DNA of 64,000 nt from an uncultured Acidobacteriota bacterium (GTDB taxonomy: Bacteria; Acidobacteriota; Vicinamibacteria; Vicinamibacterales; UBA2999), in NCBI GenBank assembly GCA_963779175.1, contig CAVZXA010000003.1, positions 257,551 to 321,550 of the forward strand. Reading direction: 5' to 3'. The translations under genes and the position numbers were made by a program. This document shows positions 29,296 to 43,536 of the stretch, in pieces (within the stretch, counting starts at the first letter, position 1; each line of letters begins with the position of its first letter). The notes beneath the pieces are model-generated. The model searched no databases. It saw nothing but the letters and a program-made list of their open reading frames with translations, and was not told where the DNA came from.

Positions 29296-31064
29296 ATGCA
29301 GTTTCGACTGGAACAGTCCCTGATGCGTGGCGTCGCCCTGGTGGGTGCCGCCGTTCTGGTGCTTGCCGCGACGCTCGGCGCGCAGTCGGCGGCAGTCGCC
29401 GATGCGGCGATGGGCGGCGATCGCGCAGCGGTGAAGGCGCTGCTGAAGCAGGGCAGCGACGTCAACGCGGCCCAGGGCGACGGCATGACCGCGCTGCACT
29501 GGGCGGCGATGAACGGCGACGCCGAGCTGGCGCAGATGCTGGTCTTCGCCGGCGCCAACGTGAAGGCGACGACGCGGCTGGGCGGCTACACGCCGCTCAT
29601 CATCGCCGCCCGCAACGGCCACGCGCCGGTGGTGGAGGTGCTGCTCAAGGCCGGCGCCGACGCGAAGGCCGCCACCTCGACCGGCACCACGCCGCTGATG
29701 CTGGCCGCCGCCTCGGGCAGCGTCGAGGCCGTGAAGGCGCTGCTCGGCGGCGGCGCCGACGTCGAGGCGAAGGAACGTCGATGCAGCAGACGCCGCTGAT
29801 GTTCGCCGCGGCCAACAACCGCGTCGAGGTCATGAAGGCGCTGATCGCGGCCGGCGCCAACGTGAAGGCGACGTCGAAGGTCGTGAACATCTCGACGCTG
29901 ACCTCGCCGGAAGAGGAGTTCTTCGCGCAGCAGGCGGCCCAGCAGCGGCCCGCGGCCGCGCCCGGCACCGCGCCGGCACCCGGCGCCCCTGCCGCCGCGG
30001 CCGCGCCCGCCGGTGGCGGTGGCGGCCGGCGTGGTCCGCAGACCGGCAAGGCCGGCGTCGAACGCAACTACCGCTACAACGAGCTGGTCGGCTCGCAGGG
30101 CGGCATGACGCCGCTGCTCTTTGCCGTGCGCCAGGGCTCGATGGACGCCGTCAAGGCGCTGCTCGAGGCCGGCGCCGACGTCAACCAGGTGAGCGGCGGC
30201 GACAAGACCAGCCCGCTCGTGATCGCCATCGTCAACGGCCACTTCGATCTGGCGCTGCACCTGCTCGACAAGGGCGCCAACCCCAACACGGTCAGCGACA
30301 ACGGCGTGGCGCCGCTCTACGCCGTGCTGAACGTGCAGTGGGCGCCCAAGGCGCTCTATCCGCAGCCGCGGGCGTACCTGCAGCAGAAGACCACCTATCT
30401 CGACACGATGAAGGCGCTGCTCGACAAGGGCGCCGACCCGAACGCGCGCCTCAAGTGCAAGGTGTGGTACTCGGGCTACAACTTCGATCTGTCGGGCGTC
30501 GACGAGATCGGCGCCACGCGTTCTGGCGCGCCGCCTACGCCTGCGACGTCGAGGCGATGAAGATGCTGGTCGCGGCCGGCGCCGACCCCAACATCCCGAC
30601 CACCAAGCCGGCCGGGCGTCCGCGCGTCGGCGACGCCGGCGTCGCGTGAAGGCGGCGACACCTCCAATGCGCCGCCGCTGCCGGTGGGCGGCCCCGGCGT
30701 CACGCCGCTGCAGGCGGCGGCCGGCGTCGGCTACGGCGAGGGCTTCGCCGCCAACTCGCACCGCTATGCGCCGAGCGGCATGCTGGCCGCCGTGAAGTAC
30801 CTGGTCGAGGAGCTCGGCGCCGACGTCAACGCCGCCGACCACGAAGGCAACACCGCCCTGCACCAGGCGGCGGCGCGCGGCGACGTCGCGATGATCGTAT
30901 ACCTGGTGTCGAAGGGCGCCGATGTGACGCGCGTGAACCGCGAAGGGCAGACCACGGCCGACATGGCCAACGGCCCCGTGCAGCGCACGCAGCCGTATCC
31001 CGAGGCGCTCAAGCTGCTCGAGAAGCTCGGCTCGAAGAACAACCACAAGTGCGTGTCGTGCTAG
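29296..31064 (+). pseudogene. Module A: secreted ankyrin-repeat protein, three frame breaks (about 29775, 30517, 30640)
   Basis: The hydrophobic N-terminus is [25 protein letters not shown] repeats are visible (GDGMTALHWAAMNGDAELAQMLVFAGANV, GYTPLIIAARNGHAPVVEVLLKAGAD ...). The C-terminus is ...LLEKLGSKNNHKCVSC*. Confidence 0.8.
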
Positions 31065-31111
31065 ACGCCGCGGACGCGGCGGCACGACGGCGAAACGGCA
31101 GGCCACGAGTC

Positions 31112-33651
31112 ATGACGAGACGACGACTGACAGCAACAGCCGCCGGCGCCGCCGTGGCCCTGGCCCTGGGCCTCGCCGTGCGCGCCGAACAGGCGGCGAC
31201 GCCCACCGCGCCGGCCCCGGCCGAAGCCGCTGCCGCCCGGCCCGCTGTCAGCCGTCCGCGCCCGGCCGCCGCCCCGGCAGCGTCGCACACCCCTGGCGCC
31301 GTGCCGCTCACCGCGGCGGGGCAGACCGAGCTCGTGACGACGTATTGCGCTACCTGCCATAGCGAACGCGCCAAGGCCGGCGGGCTGTCGCTGGCCAACT
31401 TCACCGCCATGCGCGCCCAGGAACAGCCCGAGGTGGTCGAGAAGATCATCCGCAAGCTGCGCGCCGGCATGATGCCGCCGGCAGGCGCGAAGCGGCCCGA
31501 TGCCGCCACCATCGACGCGCTCACAGCGGCGCTCGAATCGCGCATGGACGAACACGCGGCGACCAATCCGAATCCCGGCTGGCGTCCGTTCCAGCGTCTG
31601 AACCGCGCCGAGTACACGCGCGCGGTCCGCGACCTGCTCGGCGATCGAGGTCGATGTCACCGCCTTCCTGCCGGCCGACACCATGAGCCACGGCTTCGAC
31701 AACGTCGCCGACGTGCAGGGCATGTCGCCGACGCTGATCGAAGGCTACATGCGCGCGGCCAGCCAGATCAGCCGGCTCGCCGTGGGCGACCGCGACGCCA
31801 CGCCGGCCGCCGCCACCTACAAGGTGCGGCCGCACGATGTCGCAGATGCGCCAGCTCGAAGGCGCGCCGATGGGCACCCGCGGCGGCATCGTCGTGACGC
31901 ACATCTTTCCGGCCGATGGCGACTACGTGATCGGCGTGAACCTGCACAACGAGCCGCTCGGCGGCCTCTACGGACGCTCGACGATGAGCGTCATGAGTCT
32001 CAAGGAAGAGATCGACGTGGCCATCGACGGCCAGCGCGTGGCGGTGATTGCGCTCAACGAGCGGATGAGCGAGTCGGACGCCGCCAACAGCCTCGATCCG
32101 AAGACCGCGCGCATCCACGTGACGGCCGGGCCGCACCGGGTGTCGGCGGCCTTCATCCAGCGCTTCGAAGCGCCGCTCGACGACCTGCTGGTGCCGACCG
32201 AGAACACGCTGGCCGATGTCAGCATGAGCTACGGCGTGACGCTGCTGCCGCACCTGCGCGACATGACGGTCAACGGGCCCTATGCGGTGACCGGCGTGTC
32301 GGATTCGGTGAGCCGCCGCCGCATCTTCACCTGCCGGCCGACCTCGGCGGCGGAAGAGCCGGGCTGCGCCGGCGAGATCATCGGGTCGATCGCCGGGCGG
32401 GCGTTTCGCGGCCCGGTACCGCAGGCCGACCTCGACACCCTGATGGGCTTCTACACCGACGGCCGGAAGAAGGGCGACTTCGAGCACGCCATCCGTTACA
32501 CGCTGCAGGCCATTCTCGCCAGCCCGCGCTTCGTGTTCCGGCTCGAGGAAGTGCCGACGACGATGCGCGCCGGCCAGCCATTCCGCCTGAACGATCAGGA
32601 TCTGGCCTCGCGGCTGTCGTTCTTCCTGTGGGGCACGGTGCCCGACGCCGACCTGCTCAAGGCCGCCGCCGCCGGTCATCTGCGCACGCCGGTGGCGCTG
32701 AAGAAGCAGGTCGAGCGGATGCTCGCCGACCCGCGCTCGGAATCGCTGGCGACGCGCTTTGCCGCGCAGTGGCTGCGCCTGCAGGACCTCGACAAGATCA
32801 TCCCCGACTACCTGCAGTATCCGCACTACGACGACACGCTGGCCCAGGGCCTGCGGCGCGAGACGGAACTGTTCGTCGACAGCCTGCTGCGCGACAACCG
32901 CAGCGTGCTCGACCTCATCGAGAGCGACTACACGTTCGTGAACGAGCGCGTGGCGATTCACTACGGCATCCCGAACGTGACGGGCAACGCCTTCCGCAAG
33001 GTCGCGGTGACCGACCCGAACCGGCGCGGCATCCTCGGCCACGGCAGCGTGCTGGCGCTCACCTCGATCGCCGACCGCACCTCGCCGGTGCTGCGCGGCA
33101 AGTGGATCATGGAAGTGCTGCTCGGTTCGCCGCCGCCGGCGCCGCCGCCGAACGTGCCGGCGCTCGACGACACCAAGGACACCAGGGGCGGCCGCACCCT
33201 GTCGGTGCGCGAGCGCATGGAACAGCACCGCGCCAACCCCTCCTGCATGTCGTGCCACAAGGTGATCGACCCGCTGGGCCTCGCGCTCGAGAACTTCGAC
33301 GTCACCGGCGCCTGGCGCATCAAGGACAACGAGGTCGGTGTCGACCCGGTGGGCGACCTCTACGACGGCACCCGGCTCGATGGACCGGCCGGCCTGCGGG
33401 CGGCGCTGCTGCGCCACAAGGACGCCGTGCTGCTGAGCTTCGCGGAGCACCTCATGACCTATGCGCTCGGACGCCGCGTCGAGCCCTACGACATGCCGGC
33501 CATCCGACAGATCATCCGCGAGGCGGCGGCCAACAACTACAAGGTGCAGACGTTCGTGCAGGGAATCGTGGCCAGCCAGGCCTTCAGAATGACCCGGATC
33601 GACGCGCCGGAGACCACAACGATGGCCCCGGCGGCCGTCGCGAGACACTGA
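31112..33651 (+). pseudogene. Module B: DUF1592/PSD-family putative di-heme protein, two frame breaks (about 31641, 31835)
   Basis: The N-terminus is MTRRRLTATAAGAAVALALGLAV. The two CxxCH motifs are YCATCHSERAKAGGLSLANF and NPSCMSCHKVIDPLGLALENFD. The pieces lie in ORFs 31049-31897, 31683-... and 31837-33651 and are collinear with copies C and D. Confidence 0.85.
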
Positions 33652-33728
33652 CGCAGGACCCGGTGGCCTTGGGGTCTGGCCCCAGAACGAATCGTCACGG
33701 GCCTGTCCCCGAGTTAGGATCTGACCAC

Positions 33729-35130
33729 ATGTTCATCACCCAGAAGCACTTGTCCCGGCGCGCGGCCCTGAAGGGTCTGGGCGTGACCGTGGCCCTGCCG
33801 TTCCTCGAGGCCATGGTGCCGGCGCGGACGGCGCTGGCGCAGACCGCCGCCGGCAAGGTGCGGCTGGCCTGCATCGAGATGGTGCACGGCTCGGCCGGCA
33901 GCACCGCCTTCGGGATCAAGCAGAACATGTGGGCGCCGGCGGCCGCCGGCAGGAGCTTCGACCTCACGCCGTCGGCCCTGCAGCCGCTCGAGCCGCTGCG
34001 CGACTACCTCACCATCATCAGCAACACCGACGTCAAGAACGCCGAGGCGTTCGAGCTGCCGGAAATCGGCGGCGATCACTTCCGCTCGAGCGCGGTGTTC
34101 CTGACCCAGCAGCACCCCAAGCAGACGCAGAGCTCCGACGTCCACGTCGGCACCTCGCTCGACCAGTACTACGCGCAGAAGTTCGGCCAGGACACGCCGA
34201 TCCCGTCGATGCAGTTCTGCATCGAAAACGTCGACGCGGCCGGCGGCTGCTCCTACGGCTACTCGTGCGTCTACACCGACACCATCAGCTGGTCGTCGCC
34301 GACCGACCCGATGCCGATGATTCGCGATCCGCGGGTGGCCTTCGACCAGCTCTTCGGCGTCGGCGCCACGCCGCGGGCGCGGGCCGAACGGCGCGCCGAA
34401 GACAAGAGCATCCTCGACTGGATCACGTCCGACGTCGCGCGACTGAAGAAGGACCTCGGCGCCGCCGACCAGGCGCGGCTGGGCGACTATCTCGACGACG
34501 TCCGCGAGATCGAGCGGCGCATCCAGAAGACCGAGTCGTTCAACAGCAGCGGCGAACAGCGCGAGCTGCCCGGCGCCCCGGTGGGCGTGCCCGACTCGTT
34601 CGAAGAGCACATCAAGCTGATGTTCGACCTGCAGGCGATCGCGTTTGCCAGCGACATCACCCGCGTCTTCTCGTTCAAGCTGGGCCGCGACGCCAGCAAC
34701 CGCGTCTTCGCCGACAGCGGCGTGAAGACCGGCGTTCCACTCGGCGTCACACCATCAGGACCGCGACGATCGGATCCGCGACTTCCAGAAAATCAACCAC
34801 TACCACATCGGGATGATTCCCTACTTCCTGAACAAGTTGAAGGCGACGCCCGACGGCGAACGCAACCTGCTCGACAACACACTGGTGCTCTACGGCTCGC
34901 CGATGGGCAACTCGAACGTCCACAACCACAAGCGCTGCCCGCTGTTCCTGGCCGGGCACGCCGGCGGGGCGCTGAAGGGCAACATGCACATCAAGGCGGC
35001 CGACGGCACGCCGATGGCCAACGCCATGCTGAGCGTGCTGCACACGCTCGGCCTGAACGACTTCACGTCGTTTGGCGACAGCACCGCTGCGATGGACCTG
35101 AACTCGGCGCCGGCGCCGACCGCTATTTAG
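33729..35130 (+). pseudogene. Module B: Tat-signal DUF1552 (HxxSHH) protein, one frame break near 34735
   Basis: MFITQKHLSRRAALKGLGVTVALPFLEAMVP... is read in the frame of ORF 31683-35270 up to ...ADSGVKTG. The gene then continues in the frame of ORF 34813-35130 (FHSASHHQDRDDRIRDFQKINHYHIGMIPYFLNKLK..., read by me from 34737 on). Confidence 0.85.
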
Positions 35131-35242
35131 GCGGGTCTCGGGTCCCGGGGCTCGGGATCGCCCTTCGCGACATTCGGCATCACCGGTGGCACTCGGGCCG
35201 CCGCGCACGACGGAACGACGAACGCGGACGGAGAGGACACGC

Positions 35243-37780
35243 ATGCAGCGGAGCGCGACAGCGGTCCTGACGGCCGCGACGATAGGGCTGACACTCGCAG
35301 GACTTGCTGCCGCAGGCGACCGCGCCCCGCAGGCGTCCACGGCTGCGCGGCCGGCCGCATCTGCTGCCCGCACGCCCACCGCGCCCGCCGCTCCGCGATC
35401 CACCGCACCCGCACGGCGCGCGGGGGTGCCGGCCAGACCCGCCACGCACGCGCTCAGCCCGGCCGCGCAGACGGAGCTGGTGGCCACCTACTGCGCTACC
35501 TGCCACAGCGAACGCGCGAAAGCGGGCGGGCTGTCGCTGGCGGGCTTCAACGCCATGCGGGCGCAGGAGCAGCCCGAGGTGACCGAGAAGATCGTGCGCA
35601 AGCTGCGCGCCGGCATGATGCCGCCGGCCGGGGCGAAGCGTCCGCCGGCCGGCGCCCTCGAGGATCTCACCGGCGCTCTCGAAGCGCGGATGGATGAACA
35701 CGCCGCCGCCAACCCCAATCCCGGCTGGCGTCCGTTCCAGCGTCTGAACCGGGCCGAATATGCGCGCGCGGTCAACGACCTGCTCGGCGTGACGCTGGAT
35801 GTGGCGCCGCTGCTGCCGCCCGACACCATCAGCCACGGCTTCGACAACGTGGCCGACGCCCAGGGCTTCTCACCGGCGCTGCTCGAAGGCTACCTGCGGG
35901 CGGCCAGCCGCGTGACGGCGCTGGCGGTCGGGGATCCCGATAGTGCGGCCGGCGAATCCACCTACTCGCTGCCCAAGACCGCCTCGCAGCTGTCGCGGGC
36001 CGAGGGCGCGCCGCTCGGCACTCGCGGCGGCGTCTCGGTGATGCACACCTTTCCGGCCGACGGCGACTACACCTTCCGCATGGATTTCTTCGCCGAGCCG
36101 CTCGGCATGCTGTTCGGCAACACCGCCACCGGCGAGCAGATCGAGGTCTCGATCAACGGCGAACGCGTCGCCATCTTCGACATCGATCCGCGGATGAACG
36201 AGACCACCTCGAGCCTGTCGCTCAAGACCGCGCCGGTGCACGTGCAGGCCGGCCCGCAGCGGGTGACGGCGGCCTTCCTGCAGCGCTTCGAAGGTCCGGT
36301 CAACGATCTGGTGGCGCCGATCGATCACACGATGGCCGACACCGAAATCGGCATCGCCGTCGGCATCACCACGCTGCCGCACCTGCGTAACCTCGCGGTG
36401 GTCGGGCCGCACGCGGTCACCGGCGTCTCCGACACGGCGAGCCGGCGGAAGATCTTCACCTGCCGGCCCACCAGCGGCGGCGACGAGGCGGCCTGCGCCG
36501 ATGCGATCATCCGCGGCCTGGCCACCCGGGCCTTTCGGCGGGCGCCGAGCGAGCGCGAATTCACGCGTCTGCTGCGCTTCTACGAGAGCGGTCGCCGCGG
36601 CGAATCGTTCGAGCGCGGCGTGACCAAGGCGGTCGAGGCCATTCTGGCCAGCCCGCAGTTCCTGTTCCGCCTCGAGGACACGCCGGCGACGGCCCGTCCC
36701 GGTCAACCGTATCGCCTGGCCGATGTCGAACTGGCGTCGCGTCTGTCGTACTTCGTGTGGGGCGCCGCTCCGGACGAGCCGCTGCAGCAGCTCGCCTCGC
36801 AGAATCGCCTCAGCGCCCCCGGCGCCATCGAGGCCCAGGTCACGCGCCTGCTGGCGGACCCGCGCGCCGACGCGCTCTCGACCCGCTTCGCCTCGCAGTG
36901 GCTGCGTCTCCAGGACCTCGACGACGTCTCGCCCGACCCGATTCTCTATCCCTACTACGACCGCACGCTGGCGCAGGCGCTGCAGACCGAGACCGAACTC
37001 TTCGTCGCCAGCCTGGTGCGCGAGAACCGCAGCGTGCTCGACCTGCTCACCGCCGACTACACCTTCGTGAACGAGCGGGTGGCGCGCCACTACGGCATCG
37101 GCGGCGTCACCGGCTCGCAGTTCCGGCGGGTGGCGCTGCCGGCCGAGCGCCGCGGCGTGCTCGGCCACGCCAGCGTGCTGACGCTCACCTCGATCGCCGA
37201 CCGCACCTCGCCGGTGCAGCGCGGCAAGTGGATCATGGAGGTGCTGCTCGGCTCGCCACCCCCGGCGCCGCCGCCCAACGTGCCCGCGCTCGAAGACACC
37301 AAGGGCACGAGCGACGGCAAGGTGCTGTCGGTGCGCGAGCGCATGGAGACGCACCGGAAGAACCCGGCGTGCATGTCGTGCCACAAGGTGATCGACCCGC
37401 TCGGCCTGGCGCTCGAGCACTTCGACGCCACCGGACGCTACCGCATCAAAGACGCCGGCGTGCCGGTGGATGCGGTCGGCGACCTCTACGACGGCACGAA
37501 GATGGCTGGCGCCGACGGGCTGCGCGGCGCCCTCATGAAGCACAAGGACGCGTTCCTGCTCAGCTTCACCGAGCACCTCATGACCTACGCGCTCGGGCGC
37601 CGCGTCGAGGCCTCGGACATGCCGGCCGTGCGAGCGGTGATCCGCGCCGCGTCGCGCCAGAACTACCGCATCTCGGCGTTCGTGCAGGGCGTGGTCGCAA
37701 GCGACCCGTTCCAGAAGAGCATCATTCGGACCGCCGCGCCGACAGATCACGGAAGAAGCGCGGCGAGACGTAGCGGCTAG
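35243..37780 (+). CDS. Module C: DUF1592/PSD-family putative di-heme c-type protein (intact)
   Basis: The ATG at 35243 is preceded by ggagagg. The product begins MQRSATAVLTAATIGLTLAGLAAAG. The two CxxCH motifs are YCATCHSERAKAGGLSLAGF and NPACMSCHKVIDPLGLALEHFD. The ORF is uninterrupted to 37780. Confidence 0.88.
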   Translation: MQRSATAVLTAATIGLTLAGLAAAGDRAPQASTAARPAASAARTPTAPAAPRSTAPARRAGVPARPATHALSPAAQTELVATYCATCHSERAKAGGLSLAGFNAMRAQEQPEVTEKIVRKLRAGMMPPAGAKRPPAGALEDLTGALEARMDEHAAANPNPGWRPFQRLNRAEYARAVNDLLGVTLDVAPLLPPDTISHGFDNVADAQGFSPALLEGYLRAASRVTALAVGDPDSAAGESTYSLPKTASQLSRAEGAPLGTRGGVSVMHTFPADGDYTFRMDFFAEPLGMLFGNTATGEQIEVSINGERVAIFDIDPRMNETTSSLSLKTAPVHVQAGPQRVTAAFLQRFEGPVNDLVAPIDHTMADTEIGIAVGITTLPHLRNLAVVGPHAVTGVSDTASRRKIFTCRPTSGGDEAACADAIIRGLATRAFRRAPSEREFTRLLRFYESGRRGESFERGVTKAVEAILASPQFLFRLEDTPATARPGQPYRLADVELASRLSYFVWGAAPDEPLQQLASQNRLSAPGAIEAQVTRLLADPRADALSTRFASQWLRLQDLDDVSPDPILYPYYDRTLAQALQTETELFVASLVRENRSVLDLLTADYTFVNERVARHYGIGGVTGSQFRRVALPAERRGVLGHASVLTLTSIADRTSPVQRGKWIMEVLLGSPPPAPPPNVPALEDTKGTSDGKVLSVRERMETHRKNPACMSCHKVIDPLGLALEHFDATGRYRIKDAGVPVDAVGDLYDGTKMAGADGLRGALMKHKDAFLLSFTEHLMTYALGRRVEASDMPAVRAVIRAASRQNYRISAFVQGVVASDPFQKSIIRTAAPTDHGRSAARRSG

Positions 37781-37800
37781 GGCCTAACGGCTGGCGGCTA
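37771..37800. repeat. Short GCGGCTAG-type intergenic repeat (single arm)
   Basis: The sequence tagcggctagggcctaacggctggcggcta lies across the module C DUF1592 stop codon (37778-37780) and the first 20 nt after it. It is related to the strings at 43483, 62942 and 63058. Confidence 0.5.
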
Positions 37801-37831
37801 AACGAGACCACGGTTCAGGGATATCGAGCTC

Positions 37832-39246
37832 ATGGCAACCTTCTCTCGACACAGAAGCATCTCTCGCGGCGCGCGGCCCTCAGGGGCATCGGGGCCACCG
37901 TGGCCCTGCCGTTCCTCGACGCGATGCTGCCGGCCTCCACCGCCTACGCGAAGGTGGCCGACCGCAAGGTGCGCCTCATCGCGCTCGAGATGGTGCATGG
38001 CGCGGCGGGCAGCACCACCTACGGCGCGAAGCTGAACCTGTGGGCGCCGGCGGCGACCGGCAGCGGCTTCGACCTCGCGCCCACGGCGATGGCGGCGCTC
38101 GAGCCCTACCGCGACTACCTGACGATTGTCAGCAACACCGACTGCCGCAATGCCGAGGCGTTCAGCGCGCCGGAAATCGGCGCCGACCACTTCCGCTCGG
38201 CGGCGGTGTTCCTCACGCAGGCCAAGCCGAAGCAGACGCAGGGCTCGGACGTCTTCGCCGGCACCTCGTTCGATCAGATCGTGGCCAGGCAACACGGGCA
38301 GGAGACGCCGATTCCGTCGATGCAGCTCTGCATCGAGAACGTCGACCAGGCGGGCGGCTGCTCCTACAACTACTCGTGCGTCTACACCGACACCATCAGC
38401 TGGGCCTCGCCCACCGAGCCGCTGCCGATGATCCGCGATCCGCGCTCGGTCTTCGATCAGCTGTTCGGCGTGGGCACCACGCCCGAGGCGCGGCGCTCGC
38501 GCCGCAAGGACGACCGCAGCATCCTCGACTTCGTCGCCGAGTCCGTCGGCGACCTGAAAGGACGGCTGGGCGCCGCCGATCGCGCCCGCCTCACCGAATA
38601 CCTCGACGACGTGCGCGAGATCGAGCGCCGCATCCAGAAGGTCGAGGGCCAGAACTCGAGCGGCGACGCCCGCGAACTGCCCGGCGCGCCGATCGGCGTG
38701 CCCGACTCGTGGGAAGAACACGTCAAGCTGATGTTCGACCTGCAGGTGGTGGCGTTTGCCAGCGACGTCACGCGCAACTTCGCCTTCAAGCTGAGTCGCG
38801 ACGTGAGCAACCGGGTGTTCGGGCCCACCAGTTCCCAGACGGCGTTCCATACCGCGTCGCACCACCAGGAACGCGAAGACCGCATCAAGGACTTCCAGAA
38901 AATCAACGTCTATCACGTGAGCCTCATCCCGTATCTGCTGGGCAAGCTCAAGGCGACCCCCGACGGCGACGGCAACCTGCTCGACAACAGCCTCGTCGTC
39001 TACGGCTCGGCGATGGGCAACTCGAACATGCACAACCACAAGCGCTGCCCGCTGTTCTTCGCCGGGCATGCTGGTGGACGCCTCAAGGGCAACCTGCACA
39101 TCAAGGCGGCCGACGGCACGCCGATGGCCAACGCGATGCTGCCGGCACTGCAGGCACTCGGCGTCGACCTGGCGAGCTTTGGCGACAGCACTGGTGCGCT
39201 CGATCTGAACCGCGCCGTCGACACGACGGCGGCGGTGGAGGCGTAG
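37832..39246 (+). pseudogene. Module C: Tat-signal DUF1552 (HxxSHH) protein. It is intact except for a probable 1-nt indel within the first roughly 15 nt
   Basis: The body is in-frame from 37846 (STQKHLSRRAALRGIGATVALPFLDAMLP...FHTASHHQERED...HNHKRCPLFFAGHAGG). The only ATG (37832) is in the +1 frame, and there is no in-frame start back to the TAG at 37771. Confidence 0.8.
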
Positions 39247-39250
39247 CGCG

Positions 39251-40978
39251 ATGCCACGACGCGTGCACGGGGGCGTTGCCCTCCTGGTGACGCTGGCGGC
39301 GTGCGGCGCCTGGCTGCAGGCGGCGGCGCCCGATCCCGGACGAAGCGCGGTGGCCGACGCGGCCATGCGCAAAGACGTCGAGGCGGTGCGCGCGCTGGTG
39401 CGGCAGGGTGGCGACGTCAACGCGGCGCAGGGCGACGGCATGACCGCGCTGCACTGGGCCGCGACCCATGGCGACGCGCCGCTGACCGAGATCCTGCTCT
39501 ATGCCGGCGCCAACGTGAAGGCGACCAGCCGTCTCGGACGCTACACGCCGCTCCACGTCGCCAGCCAGGGAGGCGCCGCGGCGGTGGTCACGGCGCTGCT
39601 GGCACGCGGCGCCGAGGCCGATGCGACCACCACCACCGGCGCGACGGCGCTGATGTTCGCGGCGCAGGCCGGCCACGTGCCGACCGTCACGGCGCTGCTC
39701 GATGCCAAAGCCGACGTGAACGCGACGGAGCAGGCGCACGGCCAGACCGCGCTCATGTTCGCGGCCACGGCCGATCGCGCCGACGTCGTCACGCTGCTGG
39801 TCAGCCGCGGCGCCAGAACGGACGTGACGTCGAAGGTCGTCGATCTCGCGGCGCTCACCCAGGGCGACGGCGAAGGGCGGCCACCCGAGCCGCAGACCGG
39901 CGGACAGGATCAGGCCCGCGGCGGCGGACCGGCAGCGGCGCCGGCCCGGCCCGGCGCCGCGTCCCACCGACGTGGCCGGCGCCACGCGGCCCTATCGCTA
40001 CAACGAGCTCATCGGCGCGCAGGGCGGGCTGTCGGCGCTGCACTTCGCCGCGCGTCAGGGCGCGTTCGCCGCCGCCCGCGCCGTCGTCGAGCGCGGTGGC
40101 AACGTCAACCTGAAGAGTCCCGGTGACGGCACGACGCCGCTGCTCATCGCGACGCTGAACGGCCACTTCGATCTGGCGCGGTATCTGGTCGAACACGGCG
40201 CCGATCCCAACCTCACGAGCCGCGCCGGCGCGGCGCCGCTGTATGCGGTGCTCAACGTGCAGTGGGCGCCCAAGGCCGCCTATCCGCAGCCGCGCGCCTA
40301 CCTGCAGCAGCGCACCGGCTACCTCGAGCTGATGACGCTGCTCCTCGACAAGGGCGCCGATCCGAACGCACGCCTGACGCGCAAGGTCTGGTACTCGGGC
40401 TACAACTTCGACCAGTCGGGCGTCGACGAGATCGGCGCCACGCCGTTCTGGCGCGCCGCCTACGCCAGCGACGTCACGGCGATGCGCCTGCTGGTGGCGC
40501 GCGGTGCCGACCCGCACATTCCGAGTGTGCGGCCGGCCGAGCGCACGCGCGGCCTCGATGGCGTCGGCGAGCTGCGCGACGTCTCGGCCCTGCCCGCCGT
40601 GCCGGTGGGCGGCCCCGGCATCCCGGTGCTGCACGCCGTGGCCGGCGTCGGCTACGGGAAGGGCTTCGCCGGCAACTCGCACGTGTTCGCGCCGACCGGC
40701 ATGATGGCCGCCGTGACCTACCTGGTCGAGGAACTGGGCGTGGACGTCAACGCCATCGACTACGAAGGCAACACGGTCGTGCACCATGCGGCCTCGCGCG
40801 GCGACACCGAGATGATCAAGTACCTGGTGGCGAAGGGGGCTGATGTCACCCGCGTGAACCGCGCCGGCCAGACCACCATCGACCTGGCGAATGGCCCGGT
40901 GCAGCGCGTGCAGCCGTTCCCCGAGACCATCGCCTACCTCGCGTCGCTCGGTGCGAAGAACAACCACAAGTGCGTCTC

Positions 40979-40985
<7 letters not shown>
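39251..40985 (+). pseudogene. Module C: secreted ankyrin-repeat protein, one frame break near 39965
   Basis: The N-terminus is MPRRVHGGVALLVTLAACGAW (signal/lipobox-like). ANK repeats lie in ORF 39251-40126. The gene continues in ORF 39972-40985 (...YRYNELIGAQGGLSALHFAARQGAF...). The C-terminus is ...LGAKNNHKCVSC*. Confidence 0.85.
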
Positions 40986-43482
<2,497 letters not shown>

Positions 43483-43483
<1 letters not shown>

Positions 43484-43515
43484 CGGCTAGCGGCTGGGGA
43501 CTAGCGGCTGAGATC
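43483..43515. repeat. Short GCGGCTAG-type intergenic repeat (three tandem half-units)
   Basis: The sequence tagcggctagcggctggggactagcggctgag lies immediately after the module D DUF1592 stop. Confidence 0.5.
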
Positions 43516-43536
43516 TCGCGACCGGAGCAGACAACG